A stretch of DNA of 64,000 bases from an uncultured Acidobacteriota bacterium (GTDB taxonomy: Bacteria; Acidobacteriota; Terriglobia; UBA7540): NCBI GenBank assembly GCA_963804995.1, contig CAWDSK010000006.1:1312001-1376000 (forward strand), read 5' to 3'. Shown here one piece after another: positions 1 to 9,776 of this stretch. A model generated the notes under the pieces. It had not been told where the DNA came from. It saw only the letters and a list, made by a program, of their open reading frames with translations, and ran no database searches. Position 1 is the first letter of the stretch, and each line of letters begins with the position of its first letter. The translations under genes were made by a program, and so were the position numbers.

Positions 1-1009
1 CGGGGGCCATGTAAAAGGCCTTGACCTTGCTGGGATAGCGGTGCACGAGGAGGGGTTTCTCAGCGGCCGTGGAGAGCAGCGTTTCATCCGTGCCGCCGAA
101 GTCGCCGCCCCACTGGATTTCACTTCCCTTCGCTTGCAGATCCTTCACAGCGTCGTCGTAGCTGAGGCGCGGGAATGGGAGTTTGATTCTTTCCAGATTC
201 TCGATCTTCCGTTCCAGCGTGGTAAGTTCCGGCCGGCGCTTTTCCAGAACACGCTCCACGACCGATGCCACCAATTGCTCCGCAAGCTCCATGGTGTCTT
301 CGAGGTGGGCAAAGGCAACTTCCGGCTCAACCATCCAAAATTCCGTCAGGTGGCGGCGGGTTTTGGATTTCTCGGCGCGAAAGGTTGGCCCAAAGCAATA
401 GGTTTTGCCCACTGCCATGGCAGCCGCTTCGTTATAGAGTTGCCCGGATTGGGTAAGATATGCCTTCTCCTCGAAATAGTTAACTTCGAAAAGCGTGGTT
501 GTACCCTCGCAGGCGGCGGGCGTAAAGATAGGCGTATCAACCAAGGTGAAGCCGCGGTCGTCGAAGAAATCCCGCACTGCCTTGATGATCTCGTGACGGA
601 CGCCCAGAATGGCCCGTTGACGCGTGGAACGCAGCCAGAGGTGGCGGTGGTCCATCAGGAATTCCACCCCATGCTCCTTGGGGGTGATGGGATAGGGCGT
701 GTCTGTGGGAATGTGCTGCACGACCTCCACATTCGAGACATCCATTTCGAAGCCGCCGGGCGCCCGCTTGTCCGCCCGCACCTTGCCGGTGACGCGGAGT
801 GAAGATTCCTGCGTCAGGCCGCGCAAGTTTTCAAATACCTCGGGCGGCACAGCGCTCTTCACCACCACGCCCTGGATGATTCCCGTGCCATCGCGGAAAA
901 GCGGGAACAGTAACTTGCCGCTTTCGCGCAAGTTGTAGAGCCAGCCCTGTAGCGTTACTTCCTGGCCAGCGTGTTCTGCGACTCGGCGAATCTCAACGAC
1001 GGGTGGCAA
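1..1009 (-). CDS. asnS: asparagine--tRNA ligase (runs off left window edge)
   Basis: Manual translation from TTG at 1009 (RBS AAGGAGG): [35 protein letters not shown]...HRHLWLRS...TQSGQLY...[25 protein letters not shown] (AsnRS motifs). Absent from the ORF track because no stop lies in the window. Confidence 0.95.
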   Translation of the reverse strand, partial: MPPVVEIRRVAEHAGQEVTLQGWLYNLRESGKLLFPLFRDGTGIIQGVVVKSAVPPEVFENLRGLTQESSLRVTGKVRADKRAPGGFEMDVSNVEVVQHIPTDTPYPITPKEHGVEFLMDHRHLWLRSTRQRAILGVRHEIIKAVRDFFDDRGFTLVDTPIFTPAACEGTTTLFEVNYFEEKAYLTQSGQLYNEAAAMAVGKTYCFGPTFRAEKSKTRRHLTEFWMVEPEVAFAHLEDTMELAEQLVASVVERVLEKRRPELTTLERKIENLERIKLPFPRLSYDDAVKDLQAKGSEIQWGGDFGGTDETLLSTAAEKPLLVHRYPSKVKAFYMAP

Positions 1010-1013
1010 GGGT

Positions 1014-1844
1014 TCATTCCTCCTTAGGAAGGCTTTCCATGCGCTCCATGACTTCCGCCAGGCGCGGCAGGCCCGAAACCTCCGCCCCGTAATCGCGCAC
1101 TTCGAAAAGGACGGGGAATTGGCCCTCCCCGCTGCGGAGGTCGCGGACTGTCTGGGTCCAATCGATCTCGCCGTCGAAGGGCATCAAATGGTCATCCTTC
1201 TCGCGGCGATTGTCGTGCACATGGGTGGAAGCGATGTGCGTGCGAAGGGTCTCAAACGCGGGGTGCACGCCACCCGCCATATGAGCGTGGCCGGTATCAA
1301 AACAGATCTTCACGTTCAGGCGGCTGTACTGAAGGAACTCGACCAGCCGCTCAGGGGTCCCGAGTTCATTGGGCACATTCTCGAGCAGCAATTGCACACC
1401 GCGGTCCTTGGCCGCCACTTTCAGGTGCTCGAGGGAAGTCAGGACGGCGTCGAACTTACTCAAGTCGTAATCCTCCTCCGGCAATCCCATGTGTACGATG
1501 AGATAGCGGAAAGGCAGGAGGTCAGCGATGTTGAGGGAACGCTTGATTTCGTCCATGGAATCGACGCGCAGGCGGCGCTCGAGGTAAGCGAGGGAAACAG
1601 CCAGCCCACCCAGGCGTCCCCAGTCCGTGTCGCCGTAAAGCGGTGCGTGGACGGAATGCAGGCTCACCTCATGATCTTTGAACCACTGAGCCACGTCGCG
1701 CACGTGGTTGCGGTCCGTGTAGTCCAGGTGCTGGCGGGCCGCGAAAAGTTCCAGGGTTCGAATGCCCGTTCCCAGAATCTTATCCAGGATGTGTGAACTC
1801 AACCGCTCGTTGACATAAAGGTATGTGGAAAGTCCGTATTCCAT
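1014..1844 (-). CDS. sugar phosphate isomerase/epimerase (xylose isomerase-like TIM barrel)
   Basis: [18 protein letters not shown]...DDHLMP, FEV metal-binding motifs; ATG at 1844 overlaps the ggt stop (TGATG). Confidence 0.85.
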   Translation of the reverse strand: MEYGLSTYLYVNERLSSHILDKILGTGIRTLELFAARQHLDYTDRNHVRDVAQWFKDHEVSLHSVHAPLYGDTDWGRLGGLAVSLAYLERRLRVDSMDEIKRSLNIADLLPFRYLIVHMGLPEEDYDLSKFDAVLTSLEHLKVAAKDRGVQLLLENVPNELGTPERLVEFLQYSRLNVKICFDTGHAHMAGGVHPAFETLRTHIASTHVHDNRREKDDHLMPFDGEIDWTQTVRDLRSGEGQFPVLFEVRDYGAEVSGLPRLAEVMERMESLPKEE

Positions 1845-3574
1845 CAGTAGCCGACCGCCTTTCCATCCGCACGGGGATCGGAAGCGCCCCATCGCCATCC
1901 GGACTCAGGATCAATCTCGATGGCCTCACAGTCGCCAATACTGTCGCGAAAACTGAGCGGATAGCCCGCCTGCTGCAGCTTTTCGAGCGTGTCAGAGGAA
2001 AAGCCTACGCGCTCCAGTGTCAAGCGGTCCGGCAGCCATTGATCGTGAAAGCGCGGCGAGGTCACAGCTTGAAGGATATCCATTTTATAGACAAGAACGT
2101 CGAGCAATACCTGCAAAACGGTATTGGTTATAGTACCACCGCCCGGCGAACCGAGCACCAGCCGCAACTTGCCGTCACGTGTCACGATGGTCGGGGTCAT
2201 GGAGGAGAGCGGACGTTTATGCGGGGCAATGGCATTGGCTTCGCCTTGCACCAGCCCGAAGGTGTTGGGCTGGCCGGGCTTGGCCGCAAAGTTGTCCATC
2301 TCGTTGTTCAGCAGGAAGCCCGCGTCCTCCACCGTCACCCCAGAGCCAAACCATCCGTTGAGCGTATAGGTGTTCGAGACGGCATTCCCCTCCGCGTCCA
2401 CTACGGAGAAATGCGTTGTCGCGCCGGATTCAAAGGCCTGGGGCTCACCGGGACGCACCGGCGCATCCGGACTCGACTGGAGAATCTCGTCACGCAGCTT
2501 AGCCGCATAGCGAGGCGAGGTAAGACCGGCGACCGGCACGGAGACGAAATCCGCGTCGCCAAAGTAGGTGGCACGGTCGGCATAACCACGGCGCATGGCT
2601 TCGACGATCAGGTGCATCGAGGCGTAGGAATTCGGTGTGCCCAGGTCAAGGGGATCGAGCACGTTAAGCATCTCGATGAGTATCGCCCCGCCGGCGCTGG
2701 GTGGCGGCACGCTCAGGATATCAAATCCCCGAAAGTGACCGACCAAAGGCGTACGCAATTTGGCTTCGTATTGCTCGAGGTCTTTACGCGAGATCAGGCC
2801 ATGCTCTTTCTCCATGGTGGCCAGAATCGCCTCAGCCACCGGGCCGCGGTAAAAACCCTGGGGACCGTGGGCAGCAATCTCCGCCAGCGTGCGCGCCAGC
2901 TCAGGCTGCGTGAAGGTTGCCCCCGGCTCGTAGAGATGACCGTTGTTAAGGAAGATGCGGCGCGATCCGTCGAACTTTTCGAGCAACCCACGCTCTGAGC
3001 GGAGCGCTTGCGCAAGTGAATAGCTGACCGGGAAACCTTCCTTCGCGAGACGCAGTGCCGGTTCGAGGACTCGCTGGAGACCCAGCTTGCCATAGGTCTT
3101 CTCGGCTAGTGCCAGGCCCATCACCGTTCCGGGGATACCTGCGGCGTGCGCACCCACGGTACTCAAGGCAGGAATGGGATTCCCCTCCGAGTCCTGGTAC
3201 ATGGTGCGTGAGGCCACTGCGGGCGCCCATTCACGGTAATCCACCACCCTGGCATGGCCGTCTGCCAGGCGGACCAGCATGAAGCCGCCGCCGCCCAGGT
3301 TCCCCGCCTGCGGGTAGGTCACAGCGAGGACAAACCCCACCGCCACAGCAGCATCCACGGCGTTCCCGCCTGCCTGCAGGATTTCCACCCCGGCCTGGGA
3401 AGCCAAGGGTTCGCTGGACGCAACCATGCCTTGTCGTGCGGCCACAGGACTGAGGGCGTAAGCCGGCATCCCCGCCAGCAGCAAAGCCCCCAAGAGCACA
3501 GACACAGATCGTGAGAGTTTAAGGGACACCAGTATCACCTGCTCGCGATGTGAAACTCCACCGCAGCGAGACAA
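1844..3574 (-). CDS. ggt: gamma-glutamyltransferase
   Basis: GGNAVDAA, GGGGF, TTHFSVVD nucleophile Thr, LNNEMDNF, PLSSMTP, GSPGG; signal peptide; true start probably slightly downstream. Confidence 0.95.
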   Translation of the reverse strand: MSRCGGVSHREQVILVSLKLSRSVSVLLGALLLAGMPAYALSPVAARQGMVASSEPLASQAGVEILQAGGNAVDAAVAVGFVLAVTYPQAGNLGGGGFMLVRLADGHARVVDYREWAPAVASRTMYQDSEGNPIPALSTVGAHAAGIPGTVMGLALAEKTYGKLGLQRVLEPALRLAKEGFPVSYSLAQALRSERGLLEKFDGSRRIFLNNGHLYEPGATFTQPELARTLAEIAAHGPQGFYRGPVAEAILATMEKEHGLISRKDLEQYEAKLRTPLVGHFRGFDILSVPPPSAGGAILIEMLNVLDPLDLGTPNSYASMHLIVEAMRRGYADRATYFGDADFVSVPVAGLTSPRYAAKLRDEILQSSPDAPVRPGEPQAFESGATTHFSVVDAEGNAVSNTYTLNGWFGSGVTVEDAGFLLNNEMDNFAAKPGQPNTFGLVQGEANAIAPHKRPLSSMTPTIVTRDGKLRLVLGSPGGGTITNTVLQVLLDVLVYKMDILQAVTSPRFHDQWLPDRLTLERVGFSSDTLEKLQQAGYPLSFRDSIGDCEAIEIDPESGWRWGASDPRADGKAVGY

Positions 3575-3660
3575 GAAAACGGGTTAACCAAAGAAGCACT
3601 GTAGGGGAAAAGGCAGAGGGCGTCAAGGCGGCCGGAAGCCGGGTAGTGACGCATGTTGAG

Positions 3661-3866
3661 GTGCCACGGGCGTCCGAAGGTGTGAAGAAATAGTATTTTT
3701 ACCGCGGAGGCGCTGAGGCGCAGAGAAAAGGACCTTTATTTTCATTCCTCTGCGCCTCAGCGTCTCTGCGGTAAGAAGGTTTTAGACGATTTTTTCACAG
3801 CTTCTCCCGCCCGTGTCCGGTCACGGCCAAGACCCCGATGGATCGGGGCAGGTAGGCCGTGGCACC
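3661..3866. repeat. nested repeat: GTGCCACGG REP pair interrupted by a MITE-like shell (3676-3804) that contains a 9-nt-period hairpin (3699-3774)
   Basis: GAAGGTGTGAAGAAAT / ATTTTTTCACAGCTTC inverted ends flanked by TCC duplication; inner arms resemble those around the GxxExxY gene. Confidence 0.7.
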
Positions 3867-3950
3867 TCAAAATGCACCACTACCGGAAGCCGGGGGCTTG
3901 GGTGAGGGGCCTCGGCAGGTTGCACCGCAGGGTCGTGCTAGAATGGGCGC

Positions 3951-4169
3951 GTGAAGACCTACACCCTTCCCGTCGTCATCGAACGGGAAGGGCGCAATTA
4001 CTACGCCTACTCGGACGACTATCCCACCGTGTACGGAATGGGCAGGTCGATACAAGAGGCTAAGGCTAGCTTGGTTTGGGCCCTGCAAATTCACCTCCGC
4101 CGGCATCGGGCCAAGCCTGAGCCCGGCCCCGGCGACGAGGACACCGTCACGGATGGGAATCCCGAATGA
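3951..4169 (+). CDS. HicB-like antitoxin (no hicA seen)
   Basis: YTLPVVIEREGRNYYAY..YPTVYGMGRSIQEA resembles the HicB N-terminal fold; TGcTAGAAT extended -10 lies 6 nt before the GTG. Confidence 0.7.
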   Translation: MKTYTLPVVIEREGRNYYAYSDDYPTVYGMGRSIQEAKASLVWALQIHLRRHRAKPEPGPGDEDTVTDGNPE

Positions 4170-4197
4170 AGGTCTACTTTGGCTTCACGAATAGGGG

Positions 4198-4305
4198 GTA
4201 GTGGGAAATTTTGAGATAGAGGCGGCGGCATTCATCCCGATCTGATCGGGACGCCACCAAATGGCGAGGTAAACTCGCCGCTACAACATCAAACCGTACC
4301 ACTAC
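4198..4305. repeat. MITE-like shell (GTAGTGG...CCACTAC) enclosing a REP pair
   Basis: GTAGTGGGAAATTTTGA / TCAAACCGTACCACTAC imperfect inverted ends; inner GGCGAGGTAAACTCGCCGCTAC hairpin. Confidence 0.6.
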
Positions 4306-4362
4306 GCATTAGGGGGATCACTCGCCTCGAGACATCGAGACCTTCCGCACCACGAGTCTCCG

Positions 4363-4959
4363 ATGAGGACACTGATGGACTGGGAATTTCTTGAGCCACT
4401 CCGCGAAGATTGGTCACCGGTCTCGAAGCCCGTGCGTCTGGGCTGGCTGGCATTTTACGCCCTCTTTCTTCTCTACGCGCTCAAGGACCGCAGCGGGTAC
4501 CTGCTGATTGATTACGTTTTCGTGCCCATCCATGAGGGCGGGCACCTGCTCTTCAGTTACTTTGGCCATACCCTGATGGTGGCCGGTGGAACGATCCTGC
4601 AGCTTGGTGTGCCGGTGCTCCTGGCCGTTTATTTTGCGTTTCAGCGCCAGCTTACCGGCGTAGCTTTCTCCTCCTTCTTCTTTTTTGAGAACTTCCTGAA
4701 CGTCGCCACCTACATGGCAGATTCGCGCCGGATGGAATTGCAATACGTTACAGTCGGCGATCCGGATTTCGCCGAACACGATTGGTTGACGATGTTTTCG
4801 CAATGGGGCGTGTTGCAATACGACACCAAGATCGCCGCCTTTGTCCGGGCGCTGGGCTGGCTGGGCATGGTAGGAGTGCCCGTCTGGCTTTGGTGGATGA
4901 CGAGAGCCCCGGCTCGCCCTGCGGGTCCTCACTCCCTTCGACCCTATTCGCGAGTCTGA
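4363..4959 (+). CDS. membrane protein with HExxH motif (possible M50-like metallopeptidase)
   Basis: Several TM segments, IHEGGH, EHDW. Confidence 0.6.
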   Translation: MRTLMDWEFLEPLREDWSPVSKPVRLGWLAFYALFLLYALKDRSGYLLIDYVFVPIHEGGHLLFSYFGHTLMVAGGTILQLGVPVLLAVYFAFQRQLTGVAFSSFFFFENFLNVATYMADSRRMELQYVTVGDPDFAEHDWLTMFSQWGVLQYDTKIAAFVRALGWLGMVGVPVWLWWMTRAPARPAGPHSLRPYSRV

Positions 4960-5058
4960 AGGGCCACTGGATTCGCCGCCCGCGAAGGCTGTAGCGCGTG
5001 GCCCCCACAACGGGTTATCATGCCGGCTTGACACACTCAGCTTCGGGAGTCGTTCATT

Positions 5059-5754
5059 ATGAGACCTGCCGTTGTGGCATTTGACGCCTATGGCACACTC
5101 TTCGACGTGCATTCCCCCGTCCGAAATTACCTCTCGAAGTTGGGGCGCACTTCGGCGGGCTTTTCGCAACTGTGGCGGACCAAGCAGTTGGAGTACACGT
5201 GGTTGCGCAGTCTGATGCAGACCCACGCGGATTTCTGGCAGGTGACCCGCGAGGCCTTGGAATATGCCTGCGACGTGTTCGAGGTACGGGACTCGAAGCT
5301 ACAACAGGCTCTGCTGGATGCGTATCTGCATCTGGAATGCTATGCGGATGTCAAAGTCACGCTGGCGGCTCTTCGCCAGAGAAGAATCCGGTGTGTCATT
5401 CTTTCCAATGGAACTCCGGAAATGCTGGCGGCTGCGGTGGAGAGTGCAGGATTGGCCGGAGACATTGAAAGAGTGATATCGGTGGAAGATGTGCAGACCT
5501 TCAAGCCTGTCCCTGCCGTATATCAGTTGATCGAAGAACACCTGGGAGTTGAGCGCGAGAAGATTTGCTTCGTCTCCTCGAATTCGTTTGACGTGATCGG
5601 GGCGGGGCGATTTGGCTTGCGAGTCGTTTGGGTGAATCGGACTCGGCAAAAACGCGAGCGTTTGCCCTATGATGTGGAGCATGAAATTAGGACCTTGGCA
5701 GAACTGCCGGGTTTCCTGGATATGGGCGGCGCTTATAAACCGGGACGGGACTAG
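5059..5754 (+). CDS. haloacid dehalogenase type II
   Basis: FDAYGTLFD, WRTKQLEYTW, ILSNG, FKP, VSSNSFD. Confidence 0.93.
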   Translation: MRPAVVAFDAYGTLFDVHSPVRNYLSKLGRTSAGFSQLWRTKQLEYTWLRSLMQTHADFWQVTREALEYACDVFEVRDSKLQQALLDAYLHLECYADVKVTLAALRQRRIRCVILSNGTPEMLAAAVESAGLAGDIERVISVEDVQTFKPVPAVYQLIEEHLGVEREKICFVSSNSFDVIGAGRFGLRVVWVNRTRQKRERLPYDVEHEIRTLAELPGFLDMGGAYKPGRD

Positions 5755-6142
5755 CGCTGCTCACGTGTATCGCGGGAATGCTGTCCCCCTCACCCGGCCG
5801 GCAGTTTCAGATCGAAATCATGCTGGTTTCCTTTTCCCCTTCGTCCGCCCAACCGACTGTTGAGCACCAGGGGGAACGGCCCCCGGTAGCCACAGCAAAA
5901 TGTTCACTAAAAGAACAGGAAACTACAACCTTGTAATGCAGGGCCCGCGGTCGTGGTTCCGCCAATCGTGATAGAGGTCGGCGCTACTCAGGCTGGGGTC
6001 CCGGAACCCCGAAACCAATCGCTCCAAAACTCACGTTGTGTGTTGTATACTACTGTCATCAGAAGTGTAAAAAAGGAAATCCCCGGATGAACTGCGTAGG
6101 CAGCATCCCACTGGGGTCGCAACCAGCTATGGGGGGTGTAAC

Positions 6143-6499
6143 GTGGGTTTAATGGAATCAAGGTTGTTCCGACTTCATCGCAAGTGCAAAACCATTGAAG
6201 AGATGAACGAGCAGGTTGACGATCTGCGCTACATCTTGAGGAGCGCTGTGCAGGACATTGCCGTGTTGATCAGCGCCATGCAGGAGAAGGGCGTGATGGA
6301 CAACGCGACTTACAAGCGGCTCCGGGTCGCCCAGATGCTCCGCGATCACTCCAGCTCAGGAACCTCACCGTGGAGATATCACTCGCTCTACCCCTACACC
6401 TTGGACGAGCAAAATTTTCTGCGTCAACGCTTCGGAGCAGGTGAAGCCGAGGTAAGAGAGTTCTCAGAGCGTGCCAAACGTTCCGAAACCATGCTTTGA
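6143..6499 (+). CDS. hypothetical protein, paralog of 60280-60636
   Basis: Aligns along its length with the 60280-60636 product (DLRY.L.SAVQD, YKRLR...ML.DHSS, YPYTL). Confidence 0.75.
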   Translation: MGLMESRLFRLHRKCKTIEEMNEQVDDLRYILRSAVQDIAVLISAMQEKGVMDNATYKRLRVAQMLRDHSSSGTSPWRYHSLYPYTLDEQNFLRQRFGAGEAEVREFSERAKRSETML

Positions 6500-6700
6500 C
6501 GCGCGCCCCATCATTCCCAACGGGGGGCGCGGCACTCGGCGCGTGTCATTCCCTGCCCTTCAATTCGAGAAGGGTGATTTCTAACGATCAACATTAATAA
6601 TTGGCTGGCGCAGAGCGAGACCAGCTCTGCGATTCACGTCTCTACTCATGCCCGCCGATATTCCTATGATCCCGATCTATGGAACATGGTTCCGAATTTT

Positions 6701-6738
6701 TTGTCTGAACGATTCGTCCGTCTTGACCATGGACCGGT
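6701..6738 (+). repeat. 38-bp direct repeat, copy 1 (copy 2 at 9499-9535)
   Basis: TTGTCTGAACGATTCGTCCGTCTTGACCATGGACCGGT; one mismatch and one indel versus copy 2. Confidence 0.9.
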
Positions 6739-7018
6739 TGACTTGATCCGCACTAAATCGCAGAACTGAGCTCTTTCTGCGCCAGCCCGCCAGGGACGGA
6801 GGAGTGTCTGACAAAAGCGGATGGGAAGGCCGCAGTCAGCAGTTTCGGGACTCGCGATGGGGTAGACAGGGGCCTCTCCCGAGCCCCTGGATCCCGCCAA
6901 AGAAGAATAGTGCGCTGGAACCCCTCGAAGGGGTGTATAGTGCGGGGCTATTGGGAGTTAAAAGGGAAATTCCCGGTGAAATCAGCTTCGTACCTTCCTC
7001 TCCCTAATCTAGGCACCA

Positions 7019-9286
7019 TTGGAGGACGATATGAAACCACGATGGAGCATCCCGCAGGAGGCACATAAGCAAGCCTATTCAGTTGCTCGCCTCCATTTGG
7101 CACGCTTTCGGAACAGGCCCAATTTCACGGGCGTAAGTATTCGTAATATTTATCCACTTTTAGATCATAAGGGAGAACAAGGAACATTCTTCGAAGTCGT
7201 TTTTTGTTCAGAAGGCCATAATAATCACGGATTTGCAATTATATCTATTTCTCGTGACTATCCACCCATCGGCGTTTTTTCTTTTGAAGGCATCGCACCT
7301 CGAGACTACTTCACCTCTCGGCTTGGCCACCGGAAATTCGATGTCGCGCTCTACGGGACGTTCTATCTAGTCGCAGAGGATGACAACGGCCGGCCCATCG
7401 CGACACTCGGCGATCGCCCTCCCGTTCTGTGCACCAAAGAACATATAAATTCAGAGCATCTGAAAGGCCTGAGCCCACACCAGATCTTCAAGAAATGCTA
7501 CGGCGTACATCACCGCGCCTTCCTCGAGCGAACAAAAGGGACTTTTGACGGCGCATGGAAGTTGGCGGATAGGGCGCGTCAAGGAGGCGAAAGTTCCGGG
7601 GAGCCGAGTGACTATCCTTCAACAGAAACGGACCTCCCACCGCACAACTATCAAGAAATCCTCGCAAAGCACTGGGAATCGATGCCTCACTACAGGCAGC
7701 TTGCCCCGAATGAAGGCGCCAATCGAGATCACGATTTTAGCTCCGGTTGCGGCGCGACGGCATGGATGAACCTAATCGGGTACTACGACAACACTATCAC
7801 CCCAGACTTCCTGCGAGGCAACTACGATGGCCTCTCAGGTGACGTGACCGGAGGCGCATCGGCCTACCAAGATAATGTACTGGTAGCCCTAAGTGAATAC
7901 ATTGGCGTTCACGCGGATGGGGATGAGGGTAAAGAAGACTGGGACGATATGGGCAAGGGCTTCGATTTCATCAAGACACGACTCCACCATGACTGTGAGG
8001 CGAATTTCAGTGGACCGGGTTTAAGCAAGGAGCAAATTCTCGAAACTGTTTACAGTTACCTGTGTTTGCCAGGGGTTCCTTCCATCGTGGCGCTTCCGGA
8101 CCACTACGTCGTTGCCTACGGGGTGATGATGAACCAAGACGATGCAAGTGACGGCGAGCTCTCAACCTCGGATCATTACCTCAGGGTTAACTGGGGAGCG
8201 GGTTCTTCCTCCCTCGGCGATGTTTTCATCCCCTACGATTTGGCGGACAAAGGGGTCTGGACTCTGAGCCGAATCGACACCTCATCAGAGATAACCGTTG
8301 AAGGAGAATTCTCACGGGTCCCTACTTTTGTGGACCTGGGGCATTCCCTGATGATGGGTTCGCGAAGCCAGCGTTACATCAACTTCCATCAGAGTCAGGA
8401 CGGTCGCTTCTTCAACTATAGATTCTGCATTGAATCTATCGGTACAAGTAATCCCTCGTTTGCGGTTGAACCAAGCAGGAAATACCTGTATGTGGCATGG
8501 TCGGACGGTGACGGATCACTGGGACTGGCAAAGATGGACATCCACGGTGCCTCGGCGGGTTCCTTGAAAATGCTGCAGGCACCGCCTGACCAAAGCGCAC
8601 ATAGTGGACCAGCCATCGCAGTTCAAAAAGGGAGGCTCTACTACGTCTGGGGTGGAAATATCGCCTCGATTCCGCTGGATTGGCTTGATCGGTATGCCGG
8701 CAATATTTGGCCGTCGGGTCCGGGCGAGACCCATGAAACAGAAGGTGGGCAGAGCGAATGGCGAATCTGGGACATCTACGGAAGTATCGGCTCTCCTGGG
8801 TCGTTTGACCAGCCGACGTTGGTAAGTCATTTCGACCGCCTGTATTTAGGCACATCTGGGGTTCTGGACAACCAGTTTGTAAGCATGGTGAGTCTCTTGG
8901 ACGATCACGGAAACGTGATGCTCAACAACTCTGGAATACCGGTAGAAACCAAGTGTGGTCATCATCTCTGCTCGTTTGGGGGGTCACTCTATGGCAGCAA
9001 TGATTCAACCGTTTTTGCGATTCAGTCTTACCCTGTGCCCAGGTTGGGACCACCCCCGAACCCATGGTTAAAATCAAATGCGTTTCTCTGGCCCTATGAC
9101 ATCCATGCAAAGAGTGTCATGCTTGGCAGCTTCGGAACAGTGAAGCTCCATGAAGTGCAACACGAGATGGTCAACATGGGTCCATGTCTATTTTCGAGTT
9201 GGCTGGACTCTAATCGAGTGGTCCACATTAGATATCACAGCGTAAACACTTGGCCCGCACTGGACATGACTGGTTGGATCTTGTAA
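7019..9286 (+). CDS. papain-fold cysteine peptidase-like protein (C10/C39-like) with N-terminal prodomain-like region and beta-rich C-terminus
   Basis: YRQ...SGCGATAW (Cys), DHYVVAYG (His), LRVNWG (Asn); GFAIIS..DYPPIGVFS resembles the streptopain prodomain; start may be ATG 7031. Confidence 0.65.
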   Translation: MEDDMKPRWSIPQEAHKQAYSVARLHLARFRNRPNFTGVSIRNIYPLLDHKGEQGTFFEVVFCSEGHNNHGFAIISISRDYPPIGVFSFEGIAPRDYFTSRLGHRKFDVALYGTFYLVAEDDNGRPIATLGDRPPVLCTKEHINSEHLKGLSPHQIFKKCYGVHHRAFLERTKGTFDGAWKLADRARQGGESSGEPSDYPSTETDLPPHNYQEILAKHWESMPHYRQLAPNEGANRDHDFSSGCGATAWMNLIGYYDNTITPDFLRGNYDGLSGDVTGGASAYQDNVLVALSEYIGVHADGDEGKEDWDDMGKGFDFIKTRLHHDCEANFSGPGLSKEQILETVYSYLCLPGVPSIVALPDHYVVAYGVMMNQDDASDGELSTSDHYLRVNWGAGSSSLGDVFIPYDLADKGVWTLSRIDTSSEITVEGEFSRVPTFVDLGHSLMMGSRSQRYINFHQSQDGRFFNYRFCIESIGTSNPSFAVEPSRKYLYVAWSDGDGSLGLAKMDIHGASAGSLKMLQAPPDQSAHSGPAIAVQKGRLYYVWGGNIASIPLDWLDRYAGNIWPSGPGETHETEGGQSEWRIWDIYGSIGSPGSFDQPTLVSHFDRLYLGTSGVLDNQFVSMVSLLDDHGNVMLNNSGIPVETKCGHHLCSFGGSLYGSNDSTVFAIQSYPVPRLGPPPNPWLKSNAFLWPYDIHAKSVMLGSFGTVKLHEVQHEMVNMGPCLFSSWLDSNRVVHIRYHSVNTWPALDMTGWIL

Positions 9287-9498
9287 GAGCGAGAGCAGTC
9301 CCATTTGGAGCCTTCTGAATTGGCTCTGATCTCGTCATCACCTGCTCCGTGCCTCATGCCTAACGTTCCCGCAGTTCCTCCTGCGGCAATTTCTGCATTC
9401 CCATCTACACCCTTCGGGGAAATTCCCTCTTACTACCTTTGAAGGCCGCATACATCCCGACCAAGAGCGCGGGACGTATGCGCCACCCGCGTATTCTA

Positions 9499-9535
9499 TT
9501 GTCTGAACGATTTGTCCGTCTTGACCATGACCGGT
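9499..9535 (+). repeat. direct repeat, copy 2
   Basis: TTGTCTGAACGATTTGTCCGTCTTGACCATGACCGGT. Confidence 0.9.
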
Positions 9536-9571
9536 AGTTCCTGGAACCATCGCGTGTGCCCCCACCGGCCG

Positions 9572-9639
9572 TTGTAGCGCGGGTGTCCCCACCCGCGTAT
9601 GCGCAAGAACCATCGCGGGTGGGGACACCCGCGCTACAA
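9572..9639. repeat. GTAG-type REP inverted pair
   Basis: GTAGCGCGGGTGTCCCCACCCGCG ... CGCGGGTGGGGACACCCGCGCTAC. Confidence 0.85.
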
Positions 9640-9776
9640 AAGCCCTGCGCCAGCCGGCCGTCGGCGAGCAGGTTTATGTTGCAGACTTTCCTCGCCCCTG
9701 ATACAAAATGCCGGGCAGGTCAGGGTCATTTCCGTTCGCGGACACAAGCCACATCCACGTTGACGAAAGGAGTTCT

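Noticed and set aside
41..802. 253-aa plus-strand ORF and other long antisense ORFs (1823-2998, 16597-17973, 27727-28800, 36789-38228, 57172-58251)
   Set aside because: Shadow frames of well-supported opposite-strand genes in GC-rich DNA.
5885..5896. Further IS110 target site (GGTAGCCACAGC)
   Set aside because: Matches only the left guide; right half and REP hairpin are missing.
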